This document shows positions 24,794 to 34,889 of a stretch of DNA of 64,000 nt, one piece after another. Source of the DNA: Thermoplasmata archaeon (GTDB lineage: Archaea; Thermoplasmatota; Thermoplasmata; RBG-16-68-12; JAGMCJ01); assembly GCA_046761045.1 (NCBI GenBank), contig JBHIFJ010000003.1, forward strand, positions 4,835 through 68,834. Reading direction: 5' to 3'. Every line of letters begins with the position of its first letter. Position 1 is the first letter of the stretch. The notes under the pieces were generated by a model. It did not search any database. It saw only the letters and a program-made list of their open reading frames with translations, and had not been told where the DNA came from. The position numbers and the translations under genes were made by a program.

Positions 24794-26251
24794 CTACCCC
24801 TTCACGACACCCATGGGTGACATTCGGGCGACAATGCTTGATAGTCCAGCGCCATCCGCTACTCGTACAACATCGAGGATGTCCTTGTAGACGTCAGGCG
24901 CCTCTTCCACGATTCCCTTCATGCTTGCCGCATGGACATATATCCCCTTCTTTTGGAGCTGGTTCTTGACCTGGTTCGCCCGGAACATCCTCGTGGCTTG
25001 CCTCCTGGACATTACCCGCCCAGCTCCATGACACGTGGATCCGAAGGTCTCCTTCATCGCCTTGTCCGTTCCCAGGAGCAGGAAGGAGTGGGTTCCCATG
25101 TCCCCCGGGATGAGAACTGGCTGCCCTATGTCCCTGTAGTCCGGGGGAACCTCCTGCTTGCCAGGGCCGAACGCTCTCGTCGCACCCTTTCTATGTATGC
25201 AGATTTTCTTTCTGTTTCCGTTGACCTCGTGCTCCTCGAACTTGGCGATGTTGTGAGCCACATCGTATATCACCCTCAGTCCGATATCCTCCGCGTCCTG
25301 ATGGAACACCTGTTCAAAGGATTCGCGCACCCAGTGGAGGATCAGCTGCCTGTTCGTCCAGGCGAAGTTCGCACCGCAGGCCATCGCGGCGAAGTAGTCC
25401 CTCCCCTCGGGTGAATCTATCGGTGCGCAGGCAAGCTGTCGGTCTGGGAGGCTGATTCCATACTTCCTGTAGGCCACCTCCATCCTGCGGATATAGTCGC
25501 TGGCTATCTGGTGGCCGCAACCTCTCGACCCGGTGTGGATCATCACGATTATCTGGTCCAGCTCTCTGACGCCCATTTTCCTAGCCGCCTCCTCATTTCG
25601 GATTTGGTCCACCTTCTGGATTTCGAGGAAGTGGTTACCCGCCCCGAGGCTTCCCAGCTGCGACTTTCCCCTTTCGATTGCCTTCTGACTCACCTTCTCG
25701 GAGTCAGCTCCCTCAAGGCAACCTCCTTCTTCGAGGTGCTCTAGATCATCCTCCCATCCATAGCCATTCTCGACCGCCCATCGGGCACCGTCCTCGAGGA
25801 CTCTCGTCAACGTCCCGTAATCAACCCTAACCTTGCCCTTGGAGCCGACTCCGGAGGGGACGTTGGAGAAGAATGTATCCACTATCTCCTTAAGCTTGGG
25901 TGCCACATCTCTCACTGTGAAATTCGTCGTGAGCATCCTCACGCCGCAGTTTATGTCGTAGCCGACACCGCCAGGTGAGATGACCCCTTCGTCGACATCC
26001 ATTCCAGCGACCCCGCCTATTGGGAATCCATAGCCCCAATGTATGTCCGGCATTGCCATGGACTTCTGAAGGATCCCAGGAAGTGTCGCGACATTGGCAA
26101 CCTGCTCGGGAGCGTTGTCTCTGATCACGCTCCTCATCATCTTCGAATCCACATAGATTAGTCCGCTGGTTCTCATTCCAGGCTTGTAGCTCTTCGGGAT
26201 CTCGTATCGAAACTCATCCACTCGGTTAAGCGGACCATTCCATCTTGTCAC
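24794..26251 (-). CDS. rtcB: RNA 3'-phosphate ligase RtcB (tRNA-splicing ligase)
   Basis: The 485-aa product carries conserved blocks [43 protein letters not shown] and CHGAGR. The start is GTG, about 33 nt after TTTAATAT. Confidence 0.9.
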   Translation of the reverse strand: MTRWNGPLNRVDEFRYEIPKSYKPGMRTSGLIYVDSKMMRSVIRDNAPEQVANVATLPGILQKSMAMPDIHWGYGFPIGGVAGMDVDEGVISPGGVGYDINCGVRMLTTNFTVRDVAPKLKEIVDTFFSNVPSGVGSKGKVRVDYGTLTRVLEDGARWAVENGYGWEDDLEHLEEGGCLEGADSEKVSQKAIERGKSQLGSLGAGNHFLEIQKVDQIRNEEAARKMGVRELDQIIVMIHTGSRGCGHQIASDYIRRMEVAYRKYGISLPDRQLACAPIDSPEGRDYFAAMACGANFAWTNRQLILHWVRESFEQVFHQDAEDIGLRVIYDVAHNIAKFEEHEVNGNRKKICIHRKGATRAFGPGKQEVPPDYRDIGQPVLIPGDMGTHSFLLLGTDKAMKETFGSTCHGAGRVMSRRQATRMFRANQVKNQLQKKGIYVHAASMKGIVEEAPDVYKDILDVVRVADGAGLSSIVARMSPMGVVKG

Positions 26252-26525
26252 GATTGCACCTTGCTGAAAGAGAGGTGAGTGGATATTAAAAGATTGCTCT
26301 CAACCGAGCCGACTGAAGGGGGAAGCGGATGTTGAAGTATGATCTCCTCTGCTCCCTGGAATGTTTTGAGAAGCACCCCCCACGCTGGTATCCCCTCACC
26401 CTATCGGTTGTACCTATAACCAAAATCCGCCAGAGCCAACTTTAGAGGCGGTCCTCCGCCCCCGTCTGTACCAAAAGCGCGACATCACTCATCTCTGGGC
26501 ACGCTTCTCAATTGCACCTTCCTCA

Positions 26526-27851
26526 TCAGTACTCGCTGAGAGTTCCCTCGATTCTTGCCTTCTTCTCGGAGTGTCGGTAGAAGAGGTAGCCGAGGAGCGG
26601 CGAGAGGACTCCGAAGAGCACGACGACAATCATTTCAATCTCGAAGGGAAGAAGCTCAGGAAAGCCCTTGGGGAATCCAATGAGGACGGATCTGAACGCG
26701 TCTATGGCATAGCTCACAGGTATCCACCTACTCACGTAGTCCACCACCACGGGTGGGAGCGCCTTGAAGGGGAAGAAGGCGGCACAGAATATCATGAAGA
26801 AGAACTGAAGGAAGTTCACGATAAGCGCCGCACTTTCCTTGATCTTGATCGTGAGACCTGCAATGACGAACGACAGACCAAGTATCCCCGACACCGTCAG
26901 GAAGAGAATTGCGAAAGCGAGAGCGATATTGTGCATGGGCAAGCCGCCGGCGACGATCGCCACGACGACCAGGGCAATCGAGGCAATCACGGAGATCCAC
27001 AGGAAAATCGCGAAGATTCTAGATACGAGGTTGCTGAACTTGTTGGCGGGTGTAAGGTACAGTGTTTCAAGGGTCCCTCGAAACTGCTCCTCTCTTATGG
27101 AGAATCCCACTTCCCAAAGTATGAAGCTGAGGAAGATGAATATGATGAACCCGTACATCATGACCCCTGCCAACCTGCTTCCTTGCGGGGTTAGGACCAT
27201 GTCAATCTGAGTGATGTGCACGACAGTGCCGTTGGCCGCATTCTGGAACCTCACGCTGAGGGCATCCACATTCTCGAGAGTTCCGTTCTCCCCGCCGAAC
27301 TCGGTGATGTTGAAAACGAGTGTCTCGTGGCCTCCCCTCAGTGTCTTCGCATCCGAGTCCCACCAAGTTCCGTTGTCGCTTGCATTCCCCTTGAGCCGTA
27401 TCGAGACATCGGCACTCATTCCATTGGGGGAGTAGAGCTGAATCTGCAGTTGCATGAAGATTGACCAATCGGACTTGCCTTCTGGATTCCTTTCGAGGCC
27501 ATATACGTGGCTGGGATCGGACAAGTTGAGGAAGACCACCATTGCCGCCTCTTCTCCATGTGGGCCACTCACCACCTGGGCGAAATACCCTTCCACGAAA
27601 CTCGTGGAATTATCCTCTGCCCAACCCACCAAGGATGCGTCCTCAAATGAATCGAGTGCCTGGGTAGGGGCCGAGAAGGCGAACACCGCAAACATGAACA
27701 TGAGGACCATGAGGAATATCTGAAGGAAGATGGCCCCGAAGGAGAGAGGATATCTGGAGAACTCGACTATCGTCTTCTTTGACATGGAGAGAAATGTGGC
27801 AAGGCTTTGCCTGGGTGAGAAGTCGGACAGCCCGAAGGGCTTTCTTACCAT
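26526..27851 (-). CDS. ABC-2 type exporter permease with an extracytoplasmic beta-sandwich insertion of about 165 aa
   Basis: The 441-aa product has TM1, then a sequon-rich beta-rich insert, then five to six TM helices typical of ABC-2 permeases. Confidence 0.7.
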   Translation of the reverse strand: MVRKPFGLSDFSPRQSLATFLSMSKKTIVEFSRYPLSFGAIFLQIFLMVLMFMFAVFAFSAPTQALDSFEDASLVGWAEDNSTSFVEGYFAQVVSGPHGEEAAMVVFLNLSDPSHVYGLERNPEGKSDWSIFMQLQIQLYSPNGMSADVSIRLKGNASDNGTWWDSDAKTLRGGHETLVFNITEFGGENGTLENVDALSVRFQNAANGTVVHITQIDMVLTPQGSRLAGVMMYGFIIFIFLSFILWEVGFSIREEQFRGTLETLYLTPANKFSNLVSRIFAIFLWISVIASIALVVVAIVAGGLPMHNIALAFAILFLTVSGILGLSFVIAGLTIKIKESAALIVNFLQFFFMIFCAAFFPFKALPPVVVDYVSRWIPVSYAIDAFRSVLIGFPKGFPELLPFEIEMIVVVLFGVLSPLLGYLFYRHSEKKARIEGTLSEY

Positions 27852-27859
27852 ATCCTTCT

Positions 27860-28729
27860 TCAGAACTGTCCCACCCCCTCGTTCTTCTTGATTCTTCTCT
27901 CTGTCCTAAGGAAGACGGTGTAGCCGATGAGCGGCAACACTGCCGCAAACACCAGGAGGACCGCCAGATCCAAGTACCATGTTCCGAAGAAGTATGCCAC
28001 ATCCAGGAGTGAGGCCCTCACACCGTTCGTCATCCACGTTGGCGGGAAGCTCAACGCTACGTAGCGAAGGAATGGCGGGAAAACGGTGATCGGGAAGAAG
28101 ATGCCCATGAAGAACGCCACAACCCATTGCATCACCTGTATGAGCGAATCGGCCTCCTTCACCTTGAGGATGAGGGCACCGAACGCGAAGCTTATCCCCC
28201 AGAGCGGGATGATTCCTATGCCGATGAACGCTAGTGCCAGCAAGAGATCGCCCTGGAATATGTTGATTTGGAAGATGAGTGAGCCAATCAGCATTGCGAA
28301 TGTAAAGGCCATGAGGGACCTGATCAGCGCATACAGGGTGACTCCGGAAAGGACCTCGGCCCTTTTGGCGGGAGAAGCATAGACGGACTCGAGCGTACCC
28401 GTCTCCATCTCCCTTCTTATCCAGTACCCAACGAGCCACAGCATCAGTGTTACCACTATGAACGTGTTCGCACCGATTAGCATGTACAGTTCGTAGTTCT
28501 CCGTTCCTGTCGTGTTCTCGAAATTCTGAGCCGCGGCCTGACCCGCAATTGCAACTCCGAGAAGTATGGGAAGAGCAGCCAGGATCACGGGGAGAAACAT
28601 GTCGAACAATATGGCGCCCTTGTAACGGAGCACTATCTTGAACCTCGCGATCAGGACAGTCTTCGTAATCCCGAGGGATGCCCTCATGGAGAGTTTCGAG
28701 AGGCCCAAGCCCCTGTGAACGGTCTTCAT
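27860..28729 (-). CDS. ABC-2 type exporter permease
   Basis: The 289-aa product has six hydrophobic segments. Its start overlaps the ATPase gene stop by 4 nt. Confidence 0.75.
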   Translation of the reverse strand: MKTVHRGLGLSKLSMRASLGITKTVLIARFKIVLRYKGAILFDMFLPVILAALPILLGVAIAGQAAAQNFENTTGTENYELYMLIGANTFIVVTLMLWLVGYWIRREMETGTLESVYASPAKRAEVLSGVTLYALIRSLMAFTFAMLIGSLIFQINIFQGDLLLALAFIGIGIIPLWGISFAFGALILKVKEADSLIQVMQWVVAFFMGIFFPITVFPPFLRYVALSFPPTWMTNGVRASLLDVAYFFGTWYLDLAVLLVFAAVLPLIGYTVFLRTERRIKKNEGVGQF

Positions 28730-29760
28730 CTGGTCTCCGCACCTTTTTCAGTTACCACCTCTCTGGTGTCGATGCTGAGTGACCTCCCCGTCTTGGCTAT
28801 GAAGAAGTCCTCCAACGTCACATCCTGAGGGCTGATGTACTCGATGCTCGCCTCTTCTTCCACGAGCGCTTCTATGATCGCGGGCAACAGCCTCCTGCTG
28901 TTATCACAGATTATTCCCAGCTTCGTCCTTCCGTTCGTCTCATCCTTCACGACCGCACTCTTGATTCCTGGGATCGCCAGTATCTTGTCCCTCGCAGACT
29001 CCGGTATCACGCCTTCCACGTCAATCACGCTCTCCTGCGGGATTGAGGATTTCAACTCGTTCGGCGGCCCGAGGGCGATTATCTCACCCCTGTCGATGAT
29101 TGCGACCCTGTCACAGAGCTCGTCGGCTTCAGCCATCAGATGGGTCGTGTAGATGACCGTGTGCCCCTCCTTGTTCAGGTTCTTGACTATGCTCCTGAGC
29201 CTCCTTGCTGCGTGAACGTCCATCGTCACTGTCGGCTCATCAAGGAAGAGTATAGGGGCATCGTTGATCAGCGATTTCGCAAACGCGAAGGTCATCTTCT
29301 GCCCGCTCGAGTATGTCTCCACGGTCCTGTCCACGAAATCGGACAGGTCGAGTAGGTCAATCAGATACTCTATTCTCTTCCTCCTGACATTCTTGGGGAT
29401 GTGATAGAGCGCTCCGAAATAGTCTAGGTTCTCCCTTCCCGTCAGCTTCCAATAGAGACCGCGCTCCCCCATCAGCATGCAACCTATGGAGGCGCGGACC
29501 TTGTTCTCCTCCTTCTGAAGATTGAAGCCATTGATCCAGGCTGTCCCTGATGTGGGGAGCAGAAGCGTCGTGAGGCACTTGATGAGGGTCGTCTTCCCTG
29601 CGCCGTTGGGCCCGAGCAGTCCGAAGACCTCACCATCGCAAATCTCGAGGCTGACATTCTTGAGGGCCTCAACCTTCTTCACCCGCTTTTCCCCTTTCTT
29701 CCTCTGCTTCGATGTGAAGACCTTGGAAATGTTCTCGACCAGGATGATGGGCTTTCTCAT
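28726..29760 (-). CDS. ABC exporter ATP-binding protein (DrrA/CcmA-like subfamily)
   Basis: The Walker A motif (GPNGAGKTT), signature (YSSGQKM) and Walker B (ILFLDEPT) are present. I place the start at ATG 29760 (MRKPIILVEN); the track start 29766 is TTG. Confidence 0.85.
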   Translation of the reverse strand: MRKPIILVENISKVFTSKQRKKGEKRVKKVEALKNVSLEICDGEVFGLLGPNGAGKTTLIKCLTTLLLPTSGTAWINGFNLQKEENKVRASIGCMLMGERGLYWKLTGRENLDYFGALYHIPKNVRRKRIEYLIDLLDLSDFVDRTVETYSSGQKMTFAFAKSLINDAPILFLDEPTVTMDVHAARRLRSIVKNLNKEGHTVIYTTHLMAEADELCDRVAIIDRGEIIALGPPNELKSSIPQESVIDVEGVIPESARDKILAIPGIKSAVVKDETNGRTKLGIICDNSRRLLPAIIEALVEEEASIEYISPQDVTLEDFFIAKTGRSLSIDTREVVTEKGAETR

Positions 29761-29783
29761 TGGCAACCGACTAGGATGAGCAC

Positions 29784-29793
29784 TTTATATAAA
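29784..29793. promoter_or_regulatory. Palindromic TATA box TTTATATAAA
   Basis: The box lies 24-33 nt upstream of the reverse-strand ATG at 29760, which is consistent with a leaderless transcript. Confidence 0.4.
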
Positions 29794-29909
29794 GGATTTG
29801 ACCACAAATGACACCCAGTTAGTCATCCAAGTCCGGGTCGACTGCGTCCTGACTCTCCCTGAGAACGACATCACAAACTTCATATTCTCTACTAGCAATC
29901 ATAAGTCAG

Positions 29910-30515
29910 ATGCCAAGGTCTGGCGAGACCCGCAAGGAAAAGGACCGCCTGGACAAGATGGAACGGCGTCTGAAGTCGCTTCAGAGACAGCTGGCTGAGG
30001 AAAAGAAAAAGACGAGGAGCTTGGAGAGGAAGCTGGAGACCCGCATCAAGCGCGAGGGTCTAATAATGGACGCCCTTCGAATCACGAGTAGAACCAAGCG
30101 GGGCGATGCGGGGCTGATGGGCGAGCTGAACGATGCCGTGATGAGACTGGAGGAGTACCTGCTGAGGACCAGCGAACGGATAGACAACATCCTGAGCGCC
30201 CTGAGGAGCCACAGAGACTTCCTGGTGAAGATGAACAGGAGACTGGACAAGGTCGGGACAAGAGAAAAGATGATGCTCGAGCTCGACATAATGAGAAACA
30301 CCCTCTGGATACTTGGCATGAACGGGGTCAGAATCGACGCCTCATTGGTGAGCGAGATAGAATCCCTGAAGGAGGATGCAGGGAAGGACACAGCCAAGGC
30401 TGCCGAACTCAAGGAAAGGAAGGATTCCATCGACAGGAAATTCGATGACGAACTCAAGAGAGTGGATCTGGAGAAGATATCACGCAAGAGTGGTGACATC
30501 CCTGGCTATCTGTGA
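29910..30515 (+). CDS. Coiled-coil protein (function unknown)
   Basis: The 201-aa product is highly charged with heptad-like sequence (LKSLQRQLAEEKKKTRSLERKLE...). It has no recognisable catalytic motif. Confidence 0.5.
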   Translation: MPRSGETRKEKDRLDKMERRLKSLQRQLAEEKKKTRSLERKLETRIKREGLIMDALRITSRTKRGDAGLMGELNDAVMRLEEYLLRTSERIDNILSALRSHRDFLVKMNRRLDKVGTREKMMLELDIMRNTLWILGMNGVRIDASLVSEIESLKEDAGKDTAKAAELKERKDSIDRKFDDELKRVDLEKISRKSGDIPGYL

Positions 30516-31381
30516 GCCTTTTCGATTGCCGCGATTGTCTCCCTTGTGAGGAAGGCCGCAAGCAGCGACGTGATGCCGTCATCGTGCGGCGGAGAGACCT
30601 CTGTGAAATCAACGCCCACGAGCCTGCTTCCCAGGAGGTCGATGAGCTCAGAGACCTGTGTCGGGGTCAATCCACACGGCTCAGGATTCCCGACGCCTGG
30701 AGCAAATGCCGGATCAATGACATCCAAGTCAATTGACAGGTAGATGTCTCTCCTTTCCACTAGGCTGAGAGCCTTTCTCGCCACCGTCCCCATGAGCTTC
30801 TTCTCGAAGATCTCGCTGGCGGGTATGTAGGACAGCCCGAGTTCCTTGGCATCTGTCAGCTCCTCTTTGGAGAGGGATCGGATGCCAATAGGGAGGACAT
30901 GGTCCGTGCCAACAATTTCTGATATGCGTCTGGTGACGCACGCATGGCTGTTCTTCTCGTCCTCGTATGAGTCCCTGAAATCGAGGTGGGCATCGAGGAT
31001 GATTACACCGACGTCATCGAGCCCTGCCACGACTGCGGGAGTGAAGGAATGCTCGCCACCCATCGCCACTGTGATCTTCCCAGACTCCAGGAATTTCCCT
31101 GAGATACCCTTCACTCGTTCCAATACATCCTCCACTCTGTCGGGGCACTCCACATCTCCTGTGTCATGGAAAGGAACATCGTTCAGATCGATGCCGTGTT
31201 CGTAGACGTAGCTTTCGAAGTTGTATGAAGCCTCTCTTATTTTCTCGGGTGCAAGTCTCGCCCCCTCCCTGAAGGTGGAGGTTCCGTCAAAGGGGACGCC
31301 GAAAATGACAAACTCCGCCTCCGCCAGGTTCGCACGCGCATCGGCGAACACGAGGGGGGCTGGCCTCATCGGAGGAATCAC
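30506..31381 (-). CDS. speB: Agmatinase (arginase/ureohydrolase family)
   Basis: The Mn-binding motifs GGEHS, DAHLD and SIDLDVIDPAFAPG are present. The gene is coupled to the aIF5A gene by a 4-nt overlap. Confidence 0.85.
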   Translation of the reverse strand: MIPPMRPAPLVFADARANLAEAEFVIFGVPFDGTSTFREGARLAPEKIREASYNFESYVYEHGIDLNDVPFHDTGDVECPDRVEDVLERVKGISGKFLESGKITVAMGGEHSFTPAVVAGLDDVGVIILDAHLDFRDSYEDEKNSHACVTRRISEIVGTDHVLPIGIRSLSKEELTDAKELGLSYIPASEIFEKKLMGTVARKALSLVERRDIYLSIDLDVIDPAFAPGVGNPEPCGLTPTQVSELIDLLGSRLVGVDFTEVSPPHDDGITSLLAAFLTRETIAAIEKAHR

Positions 31382-31764
31382 GTCCTGGTTATCTTTCTTC
31401 TTCCCATCGCCACAAGGTACTGGATCTCACTGCCAGGATTGAGCGAACCTTTCAGTTCATGTGAGATTGCCACGTTGAACGTCTCATACGTGTCGAGATC
31501 CATGAGTTGGACCTCAGAGCCCATCACTGCAAGAACCTGAGCCTTTCTCTTGTCAATCATCGGGACCTTCACCTTGTGGGTGACCGGATGCACGATACTT
31601 CTCTTTTGCTCATCGAAAAGCCCGACGGCCTCCACCCTAGCCTTCGCTTCTCCGTGCTTCCCAGGTTTCGATATGGTGATGCCGAGTATCCTGCAGGGCT
31701 CCCCGTCTATCAGTATGTATCTGTTTGGCTTGAGGGTTCTCAATTCAGCCTGAGTCCAAGACAT
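31378..31764 (-). CDS. Translation initiation factor 5A
   Basis: The 128-aa product carries the hypusine-loop motif SKPGKHGEAK and a C-terminal OB domain. Confidence 0.9.
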   Translation of the reverse strand: MSWTQAELRTLKPNRYILIDGEPCRILGITISKPGKHGEAKARVEAVGLFDEQKRSIVHPVTHKVKVPMIDKRKAQVLAVMGSEVQLMDLDTYETFNVAISHELKGSLNPGSEIQYLVAMGRRKITRT

Positions 31765-31861
31765 GGAAATTCCTCGCCAATGTAATGTGGGAGCCGCTTA
31801 TAACACTTTCAGCCTGGCGCAAGCTCCGGGCAAGGCGATATCCAGTCAGGACCGATTGCTC

Positions 31862-34705
31862 CTACCGTCTGCGTCTCTTGGGCTTCTTCATGACAAGCAG
31901 AGAGACCGCCACGACTATCACGATAATGACGGCAATTGCCCCTATCAGGAGGTATGTCATGTCCCCGCCGTGGTCTACCGCCTTCGGTTCGATGACCGTG
32001 AGAATGACCTCATAGGGATCCGAGCTTATTCCTCCATCCTGGGCCTCAACCACCAGTGCGTACTCTGCCTCTGTGCCTGGCACAGACGTGGGCGCCGTGA
32101 TGAGGAAGCTGACTTGTCCGCCAACGGTCATTCCGACATCGGGAGAGATGGTGGGACCACCAGTTTCGGGCGTCACAATGACTGTGGCTCCTTCGACCAG
32201 GTTTCCGTTCTGGTCTCGCACTTCCACTTCGAGTGGAAGGGTCCCTTTCGTCTGAACGATGTCACCAGCATCCCATCTCGGGAGAACAGACAGGAACGGA
32301 ACTCCCTTGGGATAAATCATGATATCAGCCCTGACCAGCCCAGTTTCTTCATCATCGAATCTCGCACTACTGTATAGGGTGACGCGGAGGGTCTCGTTCG
32401 CAGTTTCATTCATTGTCGGGGCATGGTAGGTTGCTATGAAGACACCGTTTATGTCGGATTCACCGGTCACTTCGAATCCCTGCTGGCTCTGATAGGTGAG
32501 GTTTCCCTTTAGGATGACGAGACCCATTGTTACCGTCGCGCCCTCACGAGGAGTACCATCCAGGTTCCTCACGGTGGCTTTCACCGCCCAGGTGCTCTCC
32601 TCCGTTTCAGTGCTAGCCGTCATTGCCGAGGGAACCTCCAACGAGATCCTCATCGTCTTCTTCACAGGTGCATGTATCCCAATCCAGGACCACCAGGAAC
32701 CTCCGAAAATGGAGCCAGCAGCCCCAACGGTCCAGTTCTCGAACCTATCCGATCTGTACGGCTCTATGTTGTTTCGGAAGTAGAGAACATCGTAGGGCAT
32801 TGCATCCGTCAAGAGGCCACTGCATTCCTTTATGATTGCAGTCTGCCTGTCGAGATCGAGAGTGGCGCGCGCTTCGGTGATAAGGCCGTCAAAGGTCTCA
32901 TTCTGAAACCCTGGATAGTTCTGTCCGGCCATGGCGTTTCCAGAGTAGAAGAAGGCGTAGTAGTAGTCAGGCGGATCGGAACCTATTCTCCAGCCGAGCA
33001 CCCACATTTCCATGTCCCTGTTGCTCAGCCTCTGGATTATCTCTCCAAATGCCAGAAGCTTCGCCTCGATGTTCAGTCCCACATCCCTCGCTTTTGCCGC
33101 GATCATGTTGCATGCAGATGCTCGGATGGGATCATAGTCTGCCTGTGGGCATAGTATCTCGATCTTTCGATCTCCTATCGACGGGAGATTCCTGTATCCG
33201 TTGGGTCCGTATCCCAGGGCGGGGCCTCCTATTGTGTAGTGGTCATCGAGTATCTGTCTCGCTGCGTCCAGATCGAACTCGTACTTGTGAACCGACGCAT
33301 TGTACCATCTCACGCTCGCAGAACTCACTGGCTGGTCCCCGCCGACGCCGAAGTTCTGAAGAAGCGTCGTCACGATAGTCTTCTTGTCGATCACATGAGC
33401 GATTGCCTTTCTTAGATAGAGACCATCGTCCCCATTCGCTGGGTCATTGGCCGGATAGCCGAATGGAGACTTCCGCATATTGTAGGCGAGGTAGAAGAAC
33501 CCCTTCTCGGCGGTCGTCTTTATCTCAACATCGGGATCCTCAATCAGCGGATTGACGAACTCAGGAGGAACGGACCAGGAGACAACGTCAATCTCTCCCG
33601 CCTGAAGCGCAAAGACGGCTGCCTGTGCCGTCTTGTAGATCTTGAACACCATTCCATCAATGTAGGGTTTGTGCATGTACTTGTAGAACTCGCCAGCACA
33701 CTTACCTGACACAGGGTCCTTGGTACAGGCAAGCACATCTGCCTTGTAGTCCCAGTACTTGTCTATTCGGACCGATACACCCTGATTCCATTCAGTGAAC
33801 TTGAATGGTCCCGTCCCGATGACGAGGTCGTCCTCCATAAGCCATGATTGTGCCTTGCTGAACTGGAACGCATCCGGGTCCGAGGCAGGAACGCCGTTGT
33901 GCTTCACGGGATCGTACGCATACTTGAAGTCTTCGTGGATGTTCTCCTGCCAGGTCAAACAGATACCGCTCTCGGCCTCCCTGCACACTTTCCCCGTGCC
34001 CTCCCATATGTGCCTTGGAAGGACGCTTCCCGCGTTCAATGTCCAATCCCTGAACCTGGCGTAGGTGGCCTGCTGGGAGAAGTGCAATGCGAACGTCAGT
34101 GATTCATTCTCACCGACCGGAACCTGGTCATCGAAGTCTGCCTGGACAGGCCAGACGTTCAGCCATCTGTTGGTCGTGTAGTTGGTCCCTGGCAGGTTGT
34201 TCTTGTCTTTGAGGACATCGAGGGAGGTTGTGAGCGGATCCAGGGCGTTGAGGTGGTAGGCGAAGAGAATGTCGTCCACGGTTGCCTGGACACCGTCATG
34301 GAAGTAGACCCCGTTCAGGTCATAGTATGCCGTGACCTCACGCGGATCTGTGCCGCTCTTCTTTGCATAGACCCCATACTCGTCGAGCTCGAAGATCCCG
34401 TCTTCGTCAGCGTCTATTCCCAAGAGATTGTAGGGAACAGGATCCTCTGTTGCTGGGTCAACCTGACCTACACCCTCATATATGGGGCCCAGAACGTTGC
34501 TGCTCCAGACATCGTTCACGGCCAGCATGTTCCTTGACTTCATGTCGTCTTGGGCACCGATTTTCAGAATCAGCTCCTGTCTTGTCTCGCTGGCCTGAGC
34601 CATCTGCGCCCAGGTCCCGAGAAAAGCCAGAAGAACGAATGCCATCATCACAGCGAGAGCAATCACCCGTCCCTTCATTTCACGTCTCCTTTTTGCACCA
34701 GTCAT
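31862..34705 (-). CDS. Second family-5 ABC substrate-binding protein, a paralogue of 8488..11319, with Ig-like tail and TM anchor
   Basis: The protein is collinear with the first SBP and, by eye, about 70-75 percent identical over the core. Its Ig-like tail is divergent, followed by a TM helix and KKPKRRRR. I place the start at ATG 34705 (the track start 34726 is TTG, only 11 nt from the TATA box). Confidence 0.85.
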   Translation of the reverse strand: MTGAKRRREMKGRVIALAVMMAFVLLAFLGTWAQMAQASETRQELILKIGAQDDMKSRNMLAVNDVWSSNVLGPIYEGVGQVDPATEDPVPYNLLGIDADEDGIFELDEYGVYAKKSGTDPREVTAYYDLNGVYFHDGVQATVDDILFAYHLNALDPLTTSLDVLKDKNNLPGTNYTTNRWLNVWPVQADFDDQVPVGENESLTFALHFSQQATYARFRDWTLNAGSVLPRHIWEGTGKVCREAESGICLTWQENIHEDFKYAYDPVKHNGVPASDPDAFQFSKAQSWLMEDDLVIGTGPFKFTEWNQGVSVRIDKYWDYKADVLACTKDPVSGKCAGEFYKYMHKPYIDGMVFKIYKTAQAAVFALQAGEIDVVSWSVPPEFVNPLIEDPDVEIKTTAEKGFFYLAYNMRKSPFGYPANDPANGDDGLYLRKAIAHVIDKKTIVTTLLQNFGVGGDQPVSSASVRWYNASVHKYEFDLDAARQILDDHYTIGGPALGYGPNGYRNLPSIGDRKIEILCPQADYDPIRASACNMIAAKARDVGLNIEAKLLAFGEIIQRLSNRDMEMWVLGWRIGSDPPDYYYAFFYSGNAMAGQNYPGFQNETFDGLITEARATLDLDRQTAIIKECSGLLTDAMPYDVLYFRNNIEPYRSDRFENWTVGAAGSIFGGSWWSWIGIHAPVKKTMRISLEVPSAMTASTETEESTWAVKATVRNLDGTPREGATVTMGLVILKGNLTYQSQQGFEVTGESDINGVFIATYHAPTMNETANETLRVTLYSSARFDDEETGLVRADIMIYPKGVPFLSVLPRWDAGDIVQTKGTLPLEVEVRDQNGNLVEGATVIVTPETGGPTISPDVGMTVGGQVSFLITAPTSVPGTEAEYALVVEAQDGGISSDPYEVILTVIEPKAVDHGGDMTYLLIGAIAVIIVIVVAVSLLVMKKPKRRRR
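33554..33733 (-). repeat. Near-identical 180-nt tract shared with the paralogous SBP gene (copy B)
   Basis: This is the inverted copy of 9448..9627. The identical 93-nt run is 33554..33646. Confidence 0.85.
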
Positions 34706-34736
34706 GGTTCTCCCCGTCCATTCCAAAGCCCTAGGG

Positions 34737-34766
34737 GTTTATAAGAAATTTGGTATATCTTTTTGT
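34737..34766 (-). promoter_or_regulatory. Degenerate fourth copy of the shared operator-plus-TATA element
   Basis: The reverse strand reads ACAAAAAGATATACCAAATTTCTTATAAAC. The architecture is the same, but the second half-site carries a 1-nt insertion (TACCAAAT). Confidence 0.45.
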
Positions 34767-34889
34767 ATCACCGCTTCCATGCCAGAGCGACATTCCGTGT
34801 TCCAATTTGCCAAATAGCAGTGACCATGGGGGTTTTCTGTACAGATTCTCAACCTTGAACACCAAAGCCAGACACGGTGCTTGAGGTAG

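Noticed and set aside
26253-26520. A 10-bp direct repeat ATTGCACCTT at 26253 and 26511, bracketing the 274-bp spacer after rtcB. An imperfect inverted pair lies inside (AGAGGTGAGTG / CACTCATCTCT). I considered a MITE with target-site duplication or a structured RNA.
   Set aside because: A rough estimate is 64,000 positions x 300 offsets / 4^10. It gives on the order of ten or more such 10-mer repeats by chance in a window this size. The inverted arms are offset from the repeat ends and imperfect. This is worth an Rfam or RNA-seq look, but the evidence is not strong enough to call.
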